Shown piece by piece: positions 44,892 to 55,478 of a DNA stretch of 64,000 nucleotides. The position numbers were made by a program, and so were the translations under genes. Within the stretch, counting starts at the first letter, position 1. Every line of letters starts with the position of its first letter. The notes beneath the pieces were generated by a model. It did no database searches. It worked only from the letters and a program-made list of their open reading frames with translations, and was not told the origin of the DNA. The stretch is from Phycisphaerae bacterium (GTDB taxonomy: Bacteria > Planctomycetota > Phycisphaerae > SM23-33): the NCBI GenBank assembly GCA_016782885.1, contig JADHXQ010000003.1, forward strand, positions 18,316-82,315, given 5' to 3'.

Positions 44892-47800
44892 TTAGTGAGG
44901 TTTCGCCACGCCGTCGGAGGTATTGATTATCCGCTGTCCGTCGGGCCCGAAGGTCACTGACGGGAGGATCTTCCCATTGGCGTCCTTCGGCAGGCGGGAT
45001 TCCGTGCTCGGGAATTCGTCCTGGCGGTATGCGCGGTTGACTATCGGCGCGGTGGCCATCCGCGGGCGGTAAGGCGACTGGGCGTACACGTCCGTGATCG
45101 TCACGTCAGACGGCGGGTAGTTCGATCGCGCGAACATCGGGTCTTTCGGATCGGGATCGGCCATCGCGCGGAGTTCCTGCTCGCCGCGATACGGGCACAG
45201 CAGGTCCACCCACATGATCAGCTTCAGCGCGCTGAGCGAATCGACCTTGACCTTGTTGTGCTTACCGCTCATCGCATTGGCGACCAGTTTGGACTTGTAC
45301 GAAAGCGTCGTCATCGGAGCGATGGTTTTGTATGTCTCAGGCCGCCACGGCAGGGGTTGGGCCAGGATCGTACCTGCCGCCCCGCCGCTGCAATCCCTGA
45401 CGAAACTGCCCCCCCGCCGCTTCTTACCGAGCACCAGCGTCACGTACGGTTCGGGGAATACGCCCATGTCTTTGCTCGCCCGGAGTGTCATATCGAGCTT
45501 TTCGCGTCCCTTGCCCTTGCCCTGGTGACATTTTCCGCAATTCTTGTCGAGTATCGGCTGGATGTCGCGCTCGTATCCGAAGCTGTAGCCCGCGCCCCAG
45601 GGATACGCAGTGAGCCTGGATGGGGCGCCCTTCATCGCCGGGCCCGAACGGGCGGTCGGGGCGAGATCCTGGTCTTCATGGCAGCCGACACAACCCCTGA
45701 CCTCACCGGGCATGACATTGGTGAACGACCGCATGGTCTGCAGCGTGCGATGGTGCTCGTCGAGCAGTTGAAAATGCAGCGACCGGCACGGAGGGGCCTC
45801 GAAATAGACCGACCCGTCTTTCTTGATCGGCACGGTTCCCAGAACGTGCTTGACCCCGTCATTCACCGCCAGCGACACCACCGGTCCGACGTGCAGGTGC
45901 GGCTGGGCCCGGGGATGGTCGACGTCCTGAAGCTTCTTGCCCAGCGTGGCGGTGTTCCAGTCGAGCTGGATTACCCGGAGGTATTTGGCCTTGTCTTTCA
46001 GTATCTTCGGCGCGCCCTGGTAGACGTCGGCGCAGAAGAACACGCCGGGCCTGATCTCGGCGCGGTCCTTCTGGGCGCCCGCCCAGGCGACGCGGTCGGG
46101 AATCACCGGCGGGACTTTGCGAGAGCGGATGGGCAGACCGTAGAGGGCATGAAACGCACTTTCGTAGATCAATTCGCGATTCCCGTAGACGTCCATCAGG
46201 AAGAGCTTGAATTTGCTCGACCGCCCGCTCGCGCGTGCCGAGACCAGAAACACTTCCTCGCTGAGCGGGTAAGGCGACTTGTAACCTCGGTAGGCGCCCG
46301 ATGTGTGGTATTTGGCGGTCTCGGGGCGTTCGGCCGGCCCGTTACCCACCTCGCACCACGGGACGTCCCAGGTGACCTTGGTCAGCCCGTCGGGATAGTT
46401 GCGCCCCTTCTTTGGATCGACGATCCCGATGCTGCCCCAGTAGACGTTGTGGTGTCCCTGCCCGGAGAACATCGCGCGCCCCGAGCCTGGTATCACACGG
46501 GCCTCGACGAGCATGTCCGGCCAGTAGCTCTGATTACCCCAGAACGCGTTTGTGCCCGTACCGTCGGGGTTGACCGTCCACAAGCTCTGGATGCGCATCA
46601 GTTCCTTGTCGGTGTATTCCCAGCGAGTGTAGAGAATCTGCCCGTTTGGCATGAGAGCGGGGGTGTATTCCGGCTCGTTTCCGCCGGAGATCAGGTAGAT
46701 ATTCTTCCCGTCGGCGTCGCAGCGGGCGACTACCGTGCTCGGATGCCCCACAGTGCAGCGGGCGTGGCTGGCGCCGCGGTTGGATACGAACACGATGTGC
46801 CCCGAGGGCATGTAGATAGGATCGAGGTCGTCGTAGCTGCCCGAAGTCAGTTGCCTGGGGGCGGTGGTCGAAGCGTCCAGCGATGTCTCGTACAGGTGGA
46901 ATGTCCGATCGCTCTTCGGGCGGAAGCAGAACAGCACTCTCTTACCGTCGAACGACAGGTCGGGGCGCCAGTACCAGCCCGCCGGGAGCTTGTCGGTGAG
47001 TTTGCGGAGCTTGCCCGCGGGGCTCAGACCGTCGAGCACCAGCAGGCGGACGCAGTTCAACTGGGCCTGCGGATAGACGCGATGCATCGATTCATGCGGG
47101 TACCGCTCGGGAACGTCGACGAACAGCATGCTCGAGAAGTCCACCAGCGGGTCGGCGAACATGATCTTACGCTTTGCCTGGCGAACGGCGAAATAGAGTT
47201 CTTCGCAGACCTTCGTATCCACCTTTGCGGGCAGACTGTTGAGTTTCTTCTCCAGTGCGTCGAGCGTCGCGAGGTCGGCGGTCAGTTTCGGAGGCTTGGC
47301 GGTTTCGGCGAGCCTTGCGGCGATATCTCTGGCCCATACGATCTCCTGGATCGCTCGTTGGGCCGGCGGCTTGCCTTCGGCCTGGAACAACCATTCGGCG
47401 TGGAGTTGGGCTTTGGCCTCTTCGGCGGTCAGGCTGCGGGTCTCGGGTTCAACCGGTCCGGTTCTCGGGGCAGGCGGTAGCGAGGGGGCTTTTGCGAGCG
47501 GTTTCTGGCGTCGAATCTGCTCGGAGATATACACATCCTTGCCGCCAATCATTGCGATCCGGGCGTCGGCCCAATCCGCGTGGTCGCCGGTGAATCCCTT
47601 GATCGACACGTCGGTTATCAGTTCGAGCTTTCGGGCCTTGGACAGGTCGACCGAGACGGCGAGGGGCTCATCGCCGGGCTTGAGTATCTTCGATCGATAC
47701 CGCTCCCTGCCGTCGGTCCTGACGATGAAAACAACCGACCCGCCGGCGGCGCGGGTGGGCCCGTTGAGGTCGGCGCCTACCTGGCATTTAAACAATTTGC

Positions 47801-48029
47801 AGCCCTTGCCCAATTCGATGACGGTCAGGCTGTTGGCGTGCGTGCCCAGCCCGCGTTTAAACGTTTTCGATCCGATCCGCATCGGTTGGGACATGAAGCT
47901 CTTGTCCAGTTGGAGAGTCCGGTGGTCCTGGCGGTGTGCGACAACCTTGAACGGCGCGGGGTCCGCTGCATCGGCAGCGATGCTCGCGACAAGGAGCAGA
48001 CCAAGACAAATGTATCGCAGCATGTCCAT
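44892..48029 (-). CDS. family member 5: NPCBM-like N-terminal domain plus the beta-propeller/di-CxxCH core
   Basis: Signal peptide MDMLRYICLGLLLVASIAADA. NPCBM hallmarks GLGTHANS...GSVVFIV...GDHADWADARI. Core motifs CVGCHEDQ and NCGKCHQGKGKGREKLDMT. Confidence 0.75.
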   Translation of the reverse strand: MDMLRYICLGLLLVASIAADAADPAPFKVVAHRQDHRTLQLDKSFMSQPMRIGSKTFKRGLGTHANSLTVIELGKGCKLFKCQVGADLNGPTRAAGGSVVFIVRTDGRERYRSKILKPGDEPLAVSVDLSKARKLELITDVSIKGFTGDHADWADARIAMIGGKDVYISEQIRRQKPLAKAPSLPPAPRTGPVEPETRSLTAEEAKAQLHAEWLFQAEGKPPAQRAIQEIVWARDIAARLAETAKPPKLTADLATLDALEKKLNSLPAKVDTKVCEELYFAVRQAKRKIMFADPLVDFSSMLFVDVPERYPHESMHRVYPQAQLNCVRLLVLDGLSPAGKLRKLTDKLPAGWYWRPDLSFDGKRVLFCFRPKSDRTFHLYETSLDASTTAPRQLTSGSYDDLDPIYMPSGHIVFVSNRGASHARCTVGHPSTVVARCDADGKNIYLISGGNEPEYTPALMPNGQILYTRWEYTDKELMRIQSLWTVNPDGTGTNAFWGNQSYWPDMLVEARVIPGSGRAMFSGQGHHNVYWGSIGIVDPKKGRNYPDGLTKVTWDVPWCEVGNGPAERPETAKYHTSGAYRGYKSPYPLSEEVFLVSARASGRSSKFKLFLMDVYGNRELIYESAFHALYGLPIRSRKVPPVIPDRVAWAGAQKDRAEIRPGVFFCADVYQGAPKILKDKAKYLRVIQLDWNTATLGKKLQDVDHPRAQPHLHVGPVVSLAVNDGVKHVLGTVPIKKDGSVYFEAPPCRSLHFQLLDEHHRTLQTMRSFTNVMPGEVRGCVGCHEDQDLAPTARSGPAMKGAPSRLTAYPWGAGYSFGYERDIQPILDKNCGKCHQGKGKGREKLDMTLRASKDMGVFPEPYVTLVLGKKRRGGSFVRDCSGGAAGTILAQPLPWRPETYKTIAPMTTLSYKSKLVANAMSGKHNKVKVDSLSALKLIMWVDLLCPYRGEQELRAMADPDPKDPMFARSNYPPSDVTITDVYAQSPYRPRMATAPIVNRAYRQDEFPSTESRLPKDANGKILPSVTFGPDGQRIINTSDGVAKPH

Positions 48030-48266
48030 TCTCCTCTTTCCAACCGGTTCGCTATAGTATCATACCATAGCATAATCGGCCCGGTTCAACAATTCGGATA
48101 ATCAATTCAACAGCATCGAACCGGTGCTGCGATGAGTTGTGGTAATTGGCGATGACATAGGGCATGATATTGACAGCGGCGGCGAACATTCTCGGCACAG
48201 AAAGGGAATCGGCATGAACCACAAGTTCGGACATGACCTGATACGGCGCTACGAGAGAAAACACAT

Positions 48267-49298
48267 GTGAGACGCATAATGAAAAAATCAGTATTGCCCG
48301 CGATCGCGATGTCGTGTCTGATCGGTGCGAGTTTCTGCGCCGATCGACCGGCTTACAGCGTCACCGAAACCGACAACGATATCCGCATCGACACGCCCGG
48401 TCTCCATGCCGCCGTCCGAAAGAAGGGATACGTCTCCGGCGTGGCGGCAGGATCGCTGATCGATAAGAAAACCGGCTTCGGCGATCCGGGCTACGGACTG
48501 GACATCGCCGACTGGATCATGGAACCCGGAAGCGACAAGGCCTACCGCGACCGCCTGGATAAGGAACTGATCTACAATTACGGTAATGCCTATCACGGGC
48601 GGCGGGCGAAGCGGTCCATCGAAGGCCCGCAGATATGCACCAAGGCGCGCGAGCTGAAGCCCGAGATCATTCGCGGAAAGGATTTCGTGGCGATCCGCCA
48701 GAAGTATCGCTATCGCACATCCGCTCCGGGCAAGAACGCCGGTTCGACGTGGGCGCAACTGCTGGTCTTCCCCGCGGGCAAGCGGTACTTCCTGTCGATG
48801 GACCGGATAGACTCCGTCAACGATTCGCCCGCGATGTTCCTGCGAATCGACATGCCGGGGCACGTCAAGCACAAGAACGGCGACACGTTTGCCAACATTT
48901 ACCTTAGCTATCACGGGACGATTGGCGCCTCTGAGTTCGCCAAAAACTTCGCACCCGACGAGAAGTTCAACTACCGTCGCGACAGCGTTAAGGAAGTCCC
49001 AAAGCGGTTCATCCGCGCGATACAGCTTCGCGACGCCAAGACGGGCAAGAAAGGCCCGTGGCTGGCGGGTATGACGCTCGACCCGTCGGTAGTCCACGAA
49101 GCGTGGTGCCACCAGCGCGGGTACATCTGCATGATCCTGGAGTTCGGCGGGCGGCCGATCAAGGCTGGGCAATCGTTCAGCGCAGCGCACATCGTGGGCT
49201 ACTTCGATTCGATCGAAGAGATGAACAAGGTCTACGACCTCCACAAAGGCCACACCACCCTGACCGCCAGCGACAAAGGCTGGAAGCTAGCCAGGTAA
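48267..49298 (+). CDS. secreted hypothetical protein
   Basis: Signal peptide MKKSVLPAIAMSCLIGASFCA. No recognisable motif. Confidence 0.5.
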   Translation: MRRIMKKSVLPAIAMSCLIGASFCADRPAYSVTETDNDIRIDTPGLHAAVRKKGYVSGVAAGSLIDKKTGFGDPGYGLDIADWIMEPGSDKAYRDRLDKELIYNYGNAYHGRRAKRSIEGPQICTKARELKPEIIRGKDFVAIRQKYRYRTSAPGKNAGSTWAQLLVFPAGKRYFLSMDRIDSVNDSPAMFLRIDMPGHVKHKNGDTFANIYLSYHGTIGASEFAKNFAPDEKFNYRRDSVKEVPKRFIRAIQLRDAKTGKKGPWLAGMTLDPSVVHEAWCHQRGYICMILEFGGRPIKAGQSFSAAHIVGYFDSIEEMNKVYDLHKGHTTLTASDKGWKLAR

Positions 49299-49483
49299 CC
49301 GCCACAGGCCCGGGCGCATCACCCAAAACCACCGCCCAATTCCGCAAGCAAACCCATAAAGCAGCCTGTCCCCTTTTATTCTTGTTTCAACGACTCATCC
49401 TGAGCCCCTCAGCCGCCAAATCCAGTCGCTGAAATATCAAAAAACGACTAAACTGTTATGTTTGCTTCGCAAGGTACTTTCAC

Positions 49484-51148
49484 TTGTGGGCGATCTGGGG
49501 CATAATCTTGTGCGTGGGCGAAAACAGGACACAAAAAACGCAAGAAACACATGACCAGCGGCATTTCTTCCGCGGGGCGACGGTTATCGCGGTCTTGACG
49601 ATGCTGTCGCGAATATGCGGGCTGGTGCGGGAAGCGGCTATCAGTGCACTGGGCGCCACCCAAACGATGGGCGCGTTCCGCGTTGCGTTTTCGATTCCGA
49701 ATCTCTTTCGGAGACTCTTCGGCGAGGGCGCGGTGGCGGCGGCGTTCGTACCGATATTCACCGAGACCGCCCAAAAGGAAGGTTGGGACAAGGCCCGGGC
49801 CGTACTGGCGAATGTCGCGGGCCTGCTGGCTGTGCTGCTGGGCGCTATCGTTGTCATCGGCGAACTTATCCTGCTGGGTGTTCTCATGTTCGCCCCGCAA
49901 ACCGCACTGGACGCCCAGCACATGGGCCTGACGGTTCAACTGACGATGATCGTCCTGCCGTTTATGCTGACGATCTGCCTGCTTGCGATAGGCTCTGCCG
50001 CACTGAACTGCAAAGGACATTTCGCCTACCCCGCCTTCGCACCGATAATGCTGAACCTCTTCCTTATTGCAGCGGCGATGCTGGTCCACTACTTCGATCT
50101 GGGCCAAAACCGCGCGGGTCTGCACCTCCTGTGCGTATCGGTTCTGGCGGCCGGGGTGACCCAGCTTGTCGGCGTTATCTGGCTGCTCAAGCGGTTCGAC
50201 CTGGCTGCGATGCTTACGCTTCGCCCCGTGCTCGCGCCGAGCCGCCAGGTCGCGGCGCTGGCGCTTCCGATGCTCATCCCGCTCGGTATAATGCAGTTCA
50301 GCGCGTTTTTCGATCGGATTTACGCCCACATCCTCTCGGGCGGGGTGCTGGGCGCCGGCGTGGTGACCTGGTTCGAAAACGCCAACCGCCTCTACCAGTT
50401 TCCCATGGCGATTCTGGGGATATCGCTGGCGACCGCGGTATTCCCGCTGCTGTCCCGCCACGCCGCCGACGACGACCTCGATGGGCTCCGCAACACGGTA
50501 AACCGGGCGCTGCGATTGAGCCTGTTCATGGGCATACCGGCCGGTGCGGCGCTGTTCGTACTGGCCGAACCCACGATGGCTTTGATATTCCGCCGGGGCA
50601 AATTCCTCACCCCCGACGCCATCCAGGCCGCGTGGATCCTCCGAATGTACTGCCTGGGAATGTGGGCGTACTTCTGCAACCATATCCTGCTGCGGGCGTT
50701 CTTCGCGCAGAAAGACACGCGCACGCCCCTTCGGGTCTCTGTGATGCTCGCCGCTTTGAACGTGGCGATGGTGTGCGGACTGGTGTTCACCCCGCTCAAA
50801 GGCGGCGCGATGGGCCTGGCGACCGCGATCACCGCGAGCATAAGCACGCTGGTATTCACCCGAATCCTCAGGTTGCGCTGGGGGCGAATCGGCCTGACGA
50901 ACATCATCTCCTCGCTGGTGAGAATCCTTATCGCCTCGATCGCAATGTGCGCCGCAATCATCGGCACAATGGCTATGATGATGGGACCGCTGGATACCGC
51001 AACCAACACCCAGGCCGGGCTGACGCTGCTTGTATGTATTCCGGCGGGGATTATTGTATTCCTGGCGATCGCCTATGCACTAAGATGCACCGAACTCGGT
51101 GAACTCTGGGACGCCATAACTCACCGATCCGCAAAGAACGATAAATAA
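49484..51148 (+). CDS. murJ: lipid II flippase MurJ (MviN)
   Basis: LSRICGLVREAAISALGATQTMGAFRVAFSIPNLFRRLFGEGAVAAAFVPIF matches the conserved MurJ N-terminal block. Multiple TM helices follow. The exact start is uncertain because an in-frame GTG at 49514 is also possible. Confidence 0.8.
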   Translation: MWAIWGIILCVGENRTQKTQETHDQRHFFRGATVIAVLTMLSRICGLVREAAISALGATQTMGAFRVAFSIPNLFRRLFGEGAVAAAFVPIFTETAQKEGWDKARAVLANVAGLLAVLLGAIVVIGELILLGVLMFAPQTALDAQHMGLTVQLTMIVLPFMLTICLLAIGSAALNCKGHFAYPAFAPIMLNLFLIAAAMLVHYFDLGQNRAGLHLLCVSVLAAGVTQLVGVIWLLKRFDLAAMLTLRPVLAPSRQVAALALPMLIPLGIMQFSAFFDRIYAHILSGGVLGAGVVTWFENANRLYQFPMAILGISLATAVFPLLSRHAADDDLDGLRNTVNRALRLSLFMGIPAGAALFVLAEPTMALIFRRGKFLTPDAIQAAWILRMYCLGMWAYFCNHILLRAFFAQKDTRTPLRVSVMLAALNVAMVCGLVFTPLKGGAMGLATAITASISTLVFTRILRLRWGRIGLTNIISSLVRILIASIAMCAAIIGTMAMMMGPLDTATNTQAGLTLLVCIPAGIIVFLAIAYALRCTELGELWDAITHRSAKNDK

Positions 51149-51159
51149 AGCACAAAACA

Positions 51160-52296
51160 ATGGAAACCCAGATACCCCTGCCATCCGAATACACCCGCGC
51201 CGAAACCTCCGAACTCTCCAACCGCATCGCCGCACGCAAGGAACAGCTCGGAGCGAAGCTGTGTGTTCTCGGACATCACTACCAGCGCGACGAAGTGATC
51301 CGGTTCGCCGACTTCACCGGCGACAGCCTCGAACTCTCGCAACTGGCGGCCGGACAGAGCGGCGCGGAGTTCATCGTCTTCTGCGGAGTTCACTTCATGG
51401 CCGAGTCGGCGGATATCCTCTCGAGCCCCGGACAACAAGTCATCCTTCCGAATCTCCACGCCGGTTGCGCGATGGCGGAGATGGCGGACGTTGAAGACGT
51501 CGCCGCCGCCATCGAAGAAGTATCCGCCCTGACCGGAGCAGCGGTGATACCGGTCTCGTACGTCAACTCGACGGCCGACATCAAGGCGCTAACCGCACGG
51601 GCAGGAGGCGCCTGCTGCACATCGAGCAATGTGCGAAACGTCTTTGAATGGGCTCTGCGCCCCGCCGCCGAGGGCGGCGCCGGAGCGGAAAAAGTATTCT
51701 GTATACCCGATCAGCACCTCGGGAGGAATACCGCGATCGCCATGAGCCGCCGAGAGGATGAATGCCGCCTTTACGACCCCCACCTGCCCAACGGCGGACT
51801 GAGCGCCACGGACGTCGAACGGGCAACGTTTATACTCTGGAAAGGGCACTGCTACGTCCACCAGCTTTTCCGCCCCGAACACGTTACCGCCGTCCGGAAA
51901 GCCCACCGGGATATCCGCGTGATCGTGCATCCCGAATGCCCCCGTGAAGTAGTCGAACTGGCCGACGCGGAGGGCAGCACGTCGCAGATAATCACCGCCA
52001 TCGAAGCGGCCGAAGCAGGCAGCAAGTGGGCGATAGGCACCGAGTCGAACCTCGTCAATCGCCTCGCCAAACGTCACAAAGACAAGTTCATCTGCGTGCT
52101 GAACCAGGCCGGCGCCGCCTGCACCCAGATGTGCCGCATCGACCTGCCCCACCTCCTGTGGGCCCTCGACGGTATCGCGTCGGGACAGATCGTAAACCGC
52201 ATAACCGTCCCCCCCGAAACCGCCGCGGACGCACGAACAGCACTGCAGCGAATGATCGACATAAAGGCCGTGACTTCGGTTACGAGAAACCTATAG
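51160..52296 (+). CDS. nadA: quinolinate synthase NadA
   Basis: LCVLGHHYQRDEVIRFADFTGDSLELSQ...FIVFCGVHFMAESADIL and later conserved Cys residues. Confidence 0.85.
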   Translation: METQIPLPSEYTRAETSELSNRIAARKEQLGAKLCVLGHHYQRDEVIRFADFTGDSLELSQLAAGQSGAEFIVFCGVHFMAESADILSSPGQQVILPNLHAGCAMAEMADVEDVAAAIEEVSALTGAAVIPVSYVNSTADIKALTARAGGACCTSSNVRNVFEWALRPAAEGGAGAEKVFCIPDQHLGRNTAIAMSRREDECRLYDPHLPNGGLSATDVERATFILWKGHCYVHQLFRPEHVTAVRKAHRDIRVIVHPECPREVVELADAEGSTSQIITAIEAAEAGSKWAIGTESNLVNRLAKRHKDKFICVLNQAGAACTQMCRIDLPHLLWALDGIASGQIVNRITVPPETAADARTALQRMIDIKAVTSVTRNL

Positions 52297-52304
52297 CCAA
52301 CAGA

Positions 52305-54437
52305 ATGCGAGCGAAAGGAATCCCAATTCTCCGGCAAAGCTTCATAAGCCGTTTTTCGCATAGAGGAAACCTCCAGTTGCGAAGAATAATTGTCATCTTG
52401 TCAGGCATCGCAATCATCGCGTTGCTCGCCTTGGTCTTTGGACATGGTGTGTTTTGGGGAACCCGGGGCGCCATTGATGTGGTTTATCCCATCGACGGAT
52501 CGATCTTTCCTCCGGACCTTGTAGCCCCGACGTTTCTCTGGCGCGACAAAGACTCAGAAGCGAATCACTGGTCCATAGAAGTCGCCGGCGAGCAGGGCAG
52601 CGAGCCTCTGCGGTTCTACTGCGAGGGCGATCCCCCTCCGCCGGGCGAAATCGACAAGAGGTGCATTTCCGAAACGAACGAAATATATATACCGTACATC
52701 AAGGACGGACCCGTGCATAGTTGGACACCCAACGACAAAACATGGAAGCGCATCCAGCAGCGGTGCGGTGAGTCCGGGGCGACTGTTACGATCGTGGGCT
52801 ATCGCGACCAGAAACACAATGCCCTCTCCAGAGGGCGGATATCCATTTCCGTATCGAAGGATCCCGTGGGGGCGTCCATCTTCTATCGTGACGTACCGAT
52901 AATGCCCACGGAAGTTGAACACGATGTTTTCAAGGCCTTGATCAAGGAGGCGCTTCCGCTGATCTCCTGGCGCTTGCGAGATATTTCGAAACCGAAAAGC
53001 CGCGTCGTCATGACAGACATGCCAAGCTGCGCCAATTGCCACACGTTTTCCAGCGACGGAAAGATTCTGGGCATGGACGTTGACGGTCCGGATGGCGACA
53101 AGGGCGCCTATGCCTTCGCGCCGATAAAAAAGAAGATGGTGATCGAGAACAAGGACCTGATCACCTGGAATTCATTCCAGGATAAATTCGAGGGACACAA
53201 GACCATCGGTTTCATGTCCCAGGTTTCACCGGACGGGCGGTATGTCGCCACGACGGTCAATGAGTCCATTCATTTTGTGAATTTCCCGGACTACAAGTTC
53301 GTGCAGGTCTTCTATCCGACACGCGGTATCCTGGCGTATTACTCGCGCCGCACCGGGCGGATAGAAGCTCTTAAAGGCGCTGACAACCCCGAGTACGTTC
53401 ACTGCAATCCGACCTGGAGTCCGGATAATAAGTATCTTGTTTTCGCGCGGGCAAAGGCAAAAACAGCCTATATTGGAGGCGCCGCGCTCGCCAGGTGCGC
53501 CAACGACCCCAGGGAACGCCAGATTCAATACGACCTCTATCGAATTCCTTTCAACGACGGGAGGGGAGGGACGCCGGAACCTGTCCCGGGAGCGTCGAAA
53601 AACGGCATGAGCAATTCCTTTCCCAGGATATCCCCCGACGGGCGATGGCTCGTGTTCGTCAAGTGCCGCAACGGACTGCTCATGCGCCCCGACAGCCGCC
53701 TTTGGATCGTTCCAACCGCCGGCGGACAGGCCAGGGAGATGCGATGCAACACCTCGCTGATGAATTCGTGGCACAGTTTTTCGCCCAACGGCCGATGGAT
53801 GGTCTTTTCCTCCAAGACTAACACGCCATATACCCAGATGTTCCTCACGCACATCGACAAGCAGGGACGCGACAGCCCCGCCGTCCTGATACCCAACAGC
53901 ACGGCGGCAAACAGGGCGGTCAACCTGCCCGAGTTCGTCAACATCGCCTCTGACGAACTGATCGATATCGACATACCGGTTGTCGATTGGCGCAGGCCCC
54001 TCAACCGCGGAAACGATTTACTTAGAAGGGGCAAGCTCAAAGAGGCTCTCGAACAGTTCAGGGAAGCCCTTCATATTGATCCGAAACAGGCCCAAGCGCA
54101 CTTCCACGCGGGCCTCGCCCTCGACAAACTGAAGTTTCGCGATGAAGCTGTCAGGCATTACACCAAGACCATTGAACTGAATCCAAAACACGCTCCGGCT
54201 TACAACAATTTAGGCATCGTGCTGGGCCGACAGGGAAAATTCGAACAGGCGATAGAGTATTTCCGCAAAGCCATCGCCGCCGATCCGGTGCTTCATTCCG
54301 CTCACGGTAATTTGGGAAAGGCCCTGATGCACCTGGGTAAAGTCGATCAGGCCGTTCACCATTTTCGCAGGGCCCTCGAAATCGAACCCACATCCGCCAG
54401 CGCCCGCATTAATCTTAAGCATGCATTGCGCAAATGA
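52305..54437 (+). CDS. membrane-anchored TolB/PD40-like beta-propeller protein with C-terminal TPR repeats
   Basis: The start is placed at the ATG at 52305, 8 nt after the nadA stop. The ORF track extends upstream into nadA. TM helix IIVILSGIAIIALLALVF. PD40-like SPDGR(Y/W) repeats. Three or four C-terminal TPR units (AYNNLGIVLGRQGKFEQAIEYFRKAI...). Confidence 0.65.
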   Translation: MRAKGIPILRQSFISRFSHRGNLQLRRIIVILSGIAIIALLALVFGHGVFWGTRGAIDVVYPIDGSIFPPDLVAPTFLWRDKDSEANHWSIEVAGEQGSEPLRFYCEGDPPPPGEIDKRCISETNEIYIPYIKDGPVHSWTPNDKTWKRIQQRCGESGATVTIVGYRDQKHNALSRGRISISVSKDPVGASIFYRDVPIMPTEVEHDVFKALIKEALPLISWRLRDISKPKSRVVMTDMPSCANCHTFSSDGKILGMDVDGPDGDKGAYAFAPIKKKMVIENKDLITWNSFQDKFEGHKTIGFMSQVSPDGRYVATTVNESIHFVNFPDYKFVQVFYPTRGILAYYSRRTGRIEALKGADNPEYVHCNPTWSPDNKYLVFARAKAKTAYIGGAALARCANDPRERQIQYDLYRIPFNDGRGGTPEPVPGASKNGMSNSFPRISPDGRWLVFVKCRNGLLMRPDSRLWIVPTAGGQAREMRCNTSLMNSWHSFSPNGRWMVFSSKTNTPYTQMFLTHIDKQGRDSPAVLIPNSTAANRAVNLPEFVNIASDELIDIDIPVVDWRRPLNRGNDLLRRGKLKEALEQFREALHIDPKQAQAHFHAGLALDKLKFRDEAVRHYTKTIELNPKHAPAYNNLGIVLGRQGKFEQAIEYFRKAIAADPVLHSAHGNLGKALMHLGKVDQAVHHFRRALEIEPTSASARINLKHALRK

Positions 54438-54449
54438 AGAACATGTAAG

Positions 54450-55478
54450 CTAAACTTGGCGGGACCGGCGTCTGCGTCTGGCAAGGACGCCCGCGGCTCC
54501 AAACACCAGCAGCATAACCGTTGTCGGTTCCGGTACGACTACGTCGGAGGCTACGAAGTCCATGCCCTCGACGTCGCCCAAGCCGGATATCCGGCCAAGA
54601 AACGTATTGTTGCCATCTTCCAGCGTCACCAGGGCGAACTTGTCGTTGTAGTCATTAAAGGCGACCATGCGGCCGGCTTCATGGTCCCAGGCCATCGCCT
54701 CGAATTTGACCGAACCGCCCATGTTATTGTCAACCACTTCGATGATGTCGGCGGTGGCCGGGTCGACCCGGTAGAGGTGGTCGTCATCGTTGTCGGTAAC
54801 GTACAGGTTGCCCCAATCGTCAAACGCCATATCCTCACCGCTTTCCACCTTTTCGCCCAGCCCGCTGATCGTGCCGATATCCGTGATCACGGCGCCGGTG
54901 TTCGGATTGATGATGAACAGACGGTCGGTAGTGCTGTCGTGGTTGTCGCGGAGCAGGGCGTACAGGACGCCCGCACCGGGGCTGAATGAAAGGCCGGTAA
55001 TGTTGTCGTTGCTGTCATCGAACCTCACGCCCATCTGCCCGATTACCGTCACGACGTTGGGCCCGGTGGTGCTCGCGGCGTTTGTGTCGAACTTCATCAG
55101 CACCGGCTCTTCGATACCGGTCCTGCGAAGGTCATGGTTGCTGGCCATGTATGCCACACCGTCTGAATCGAGACCGACGGCCTCAATGTGCGGGCCGACA
55201 TCCCTGAGCCTGCCGCCGTAACTGTACTTCAGCTTACCGTACGAGGTAAATCCCGACAACGTGCTGTAACTGTCTAAGGAAAAGAGTTCGCCATCGTTCT
55301 CGTCCACGCCCCAGAGCTTCATATCCGCCGAGGCGGTTGCGGTGGAGATCGACACAACCAGCGCGCAGATTAGAAGCAAAACAGCGCGCAAGTGGGGGCG
55401 GGTAATGGGTTCATTGGAAGTGCTACGGATTGTCTTTTTTCTGTCGATCACTTTCTGCCTCCTTGGGCTGAAGGACAT
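54450..55478 (-). CDS. PEP-CTERM sorting-domain protein with a beta-propeller-like ectodomain
   Basis: The C-terminus VPEPTTVMLLVFGAAGVLARRRRRSRQV is the PEP motif followed by a TM helix and an Arg-rich tail. N-terminal signal peptide. Confidence 0.8.
   Translation of the reverse strand: MSFSPRRQKVIDRKKTIRSTSNEPITRPHLRAVLLLICALVVSISTATASADMKLWGVDENDGELFSLDSYSTLSGFTSYGKLKYSYGGRLRDVGPHIEAVGLDSDGVAYMASNHDLRRTGIEEPVLMKFDTNAASTTGPNVVTVIGQMGVRFDDSNDNITGLSFSPGAGVLYALLRDNHDSTTDRLFIINPNTGAVITDIGTISGLGEKVESGEDMAFDDWGNLYVTDNDDDHLYRVDPATADIIEVVDNNMGGSVKFEAMAWDHEAGRMVAFNDYNDKFALVTLEDGNNTFLGRISGLGDVEGMDFVASDVVVPEPTTVMLLVFGAAGVLARRRRRSRQV

Noticed and set aside
52026-52304. An upstream extension of the propeller-TPR gene that overlaps nadA in another frame.
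   Set aside because: It overlaps the well-supported nadA coding region. The ATG at 52305 follows the nadA stop and precedes the TM helix.
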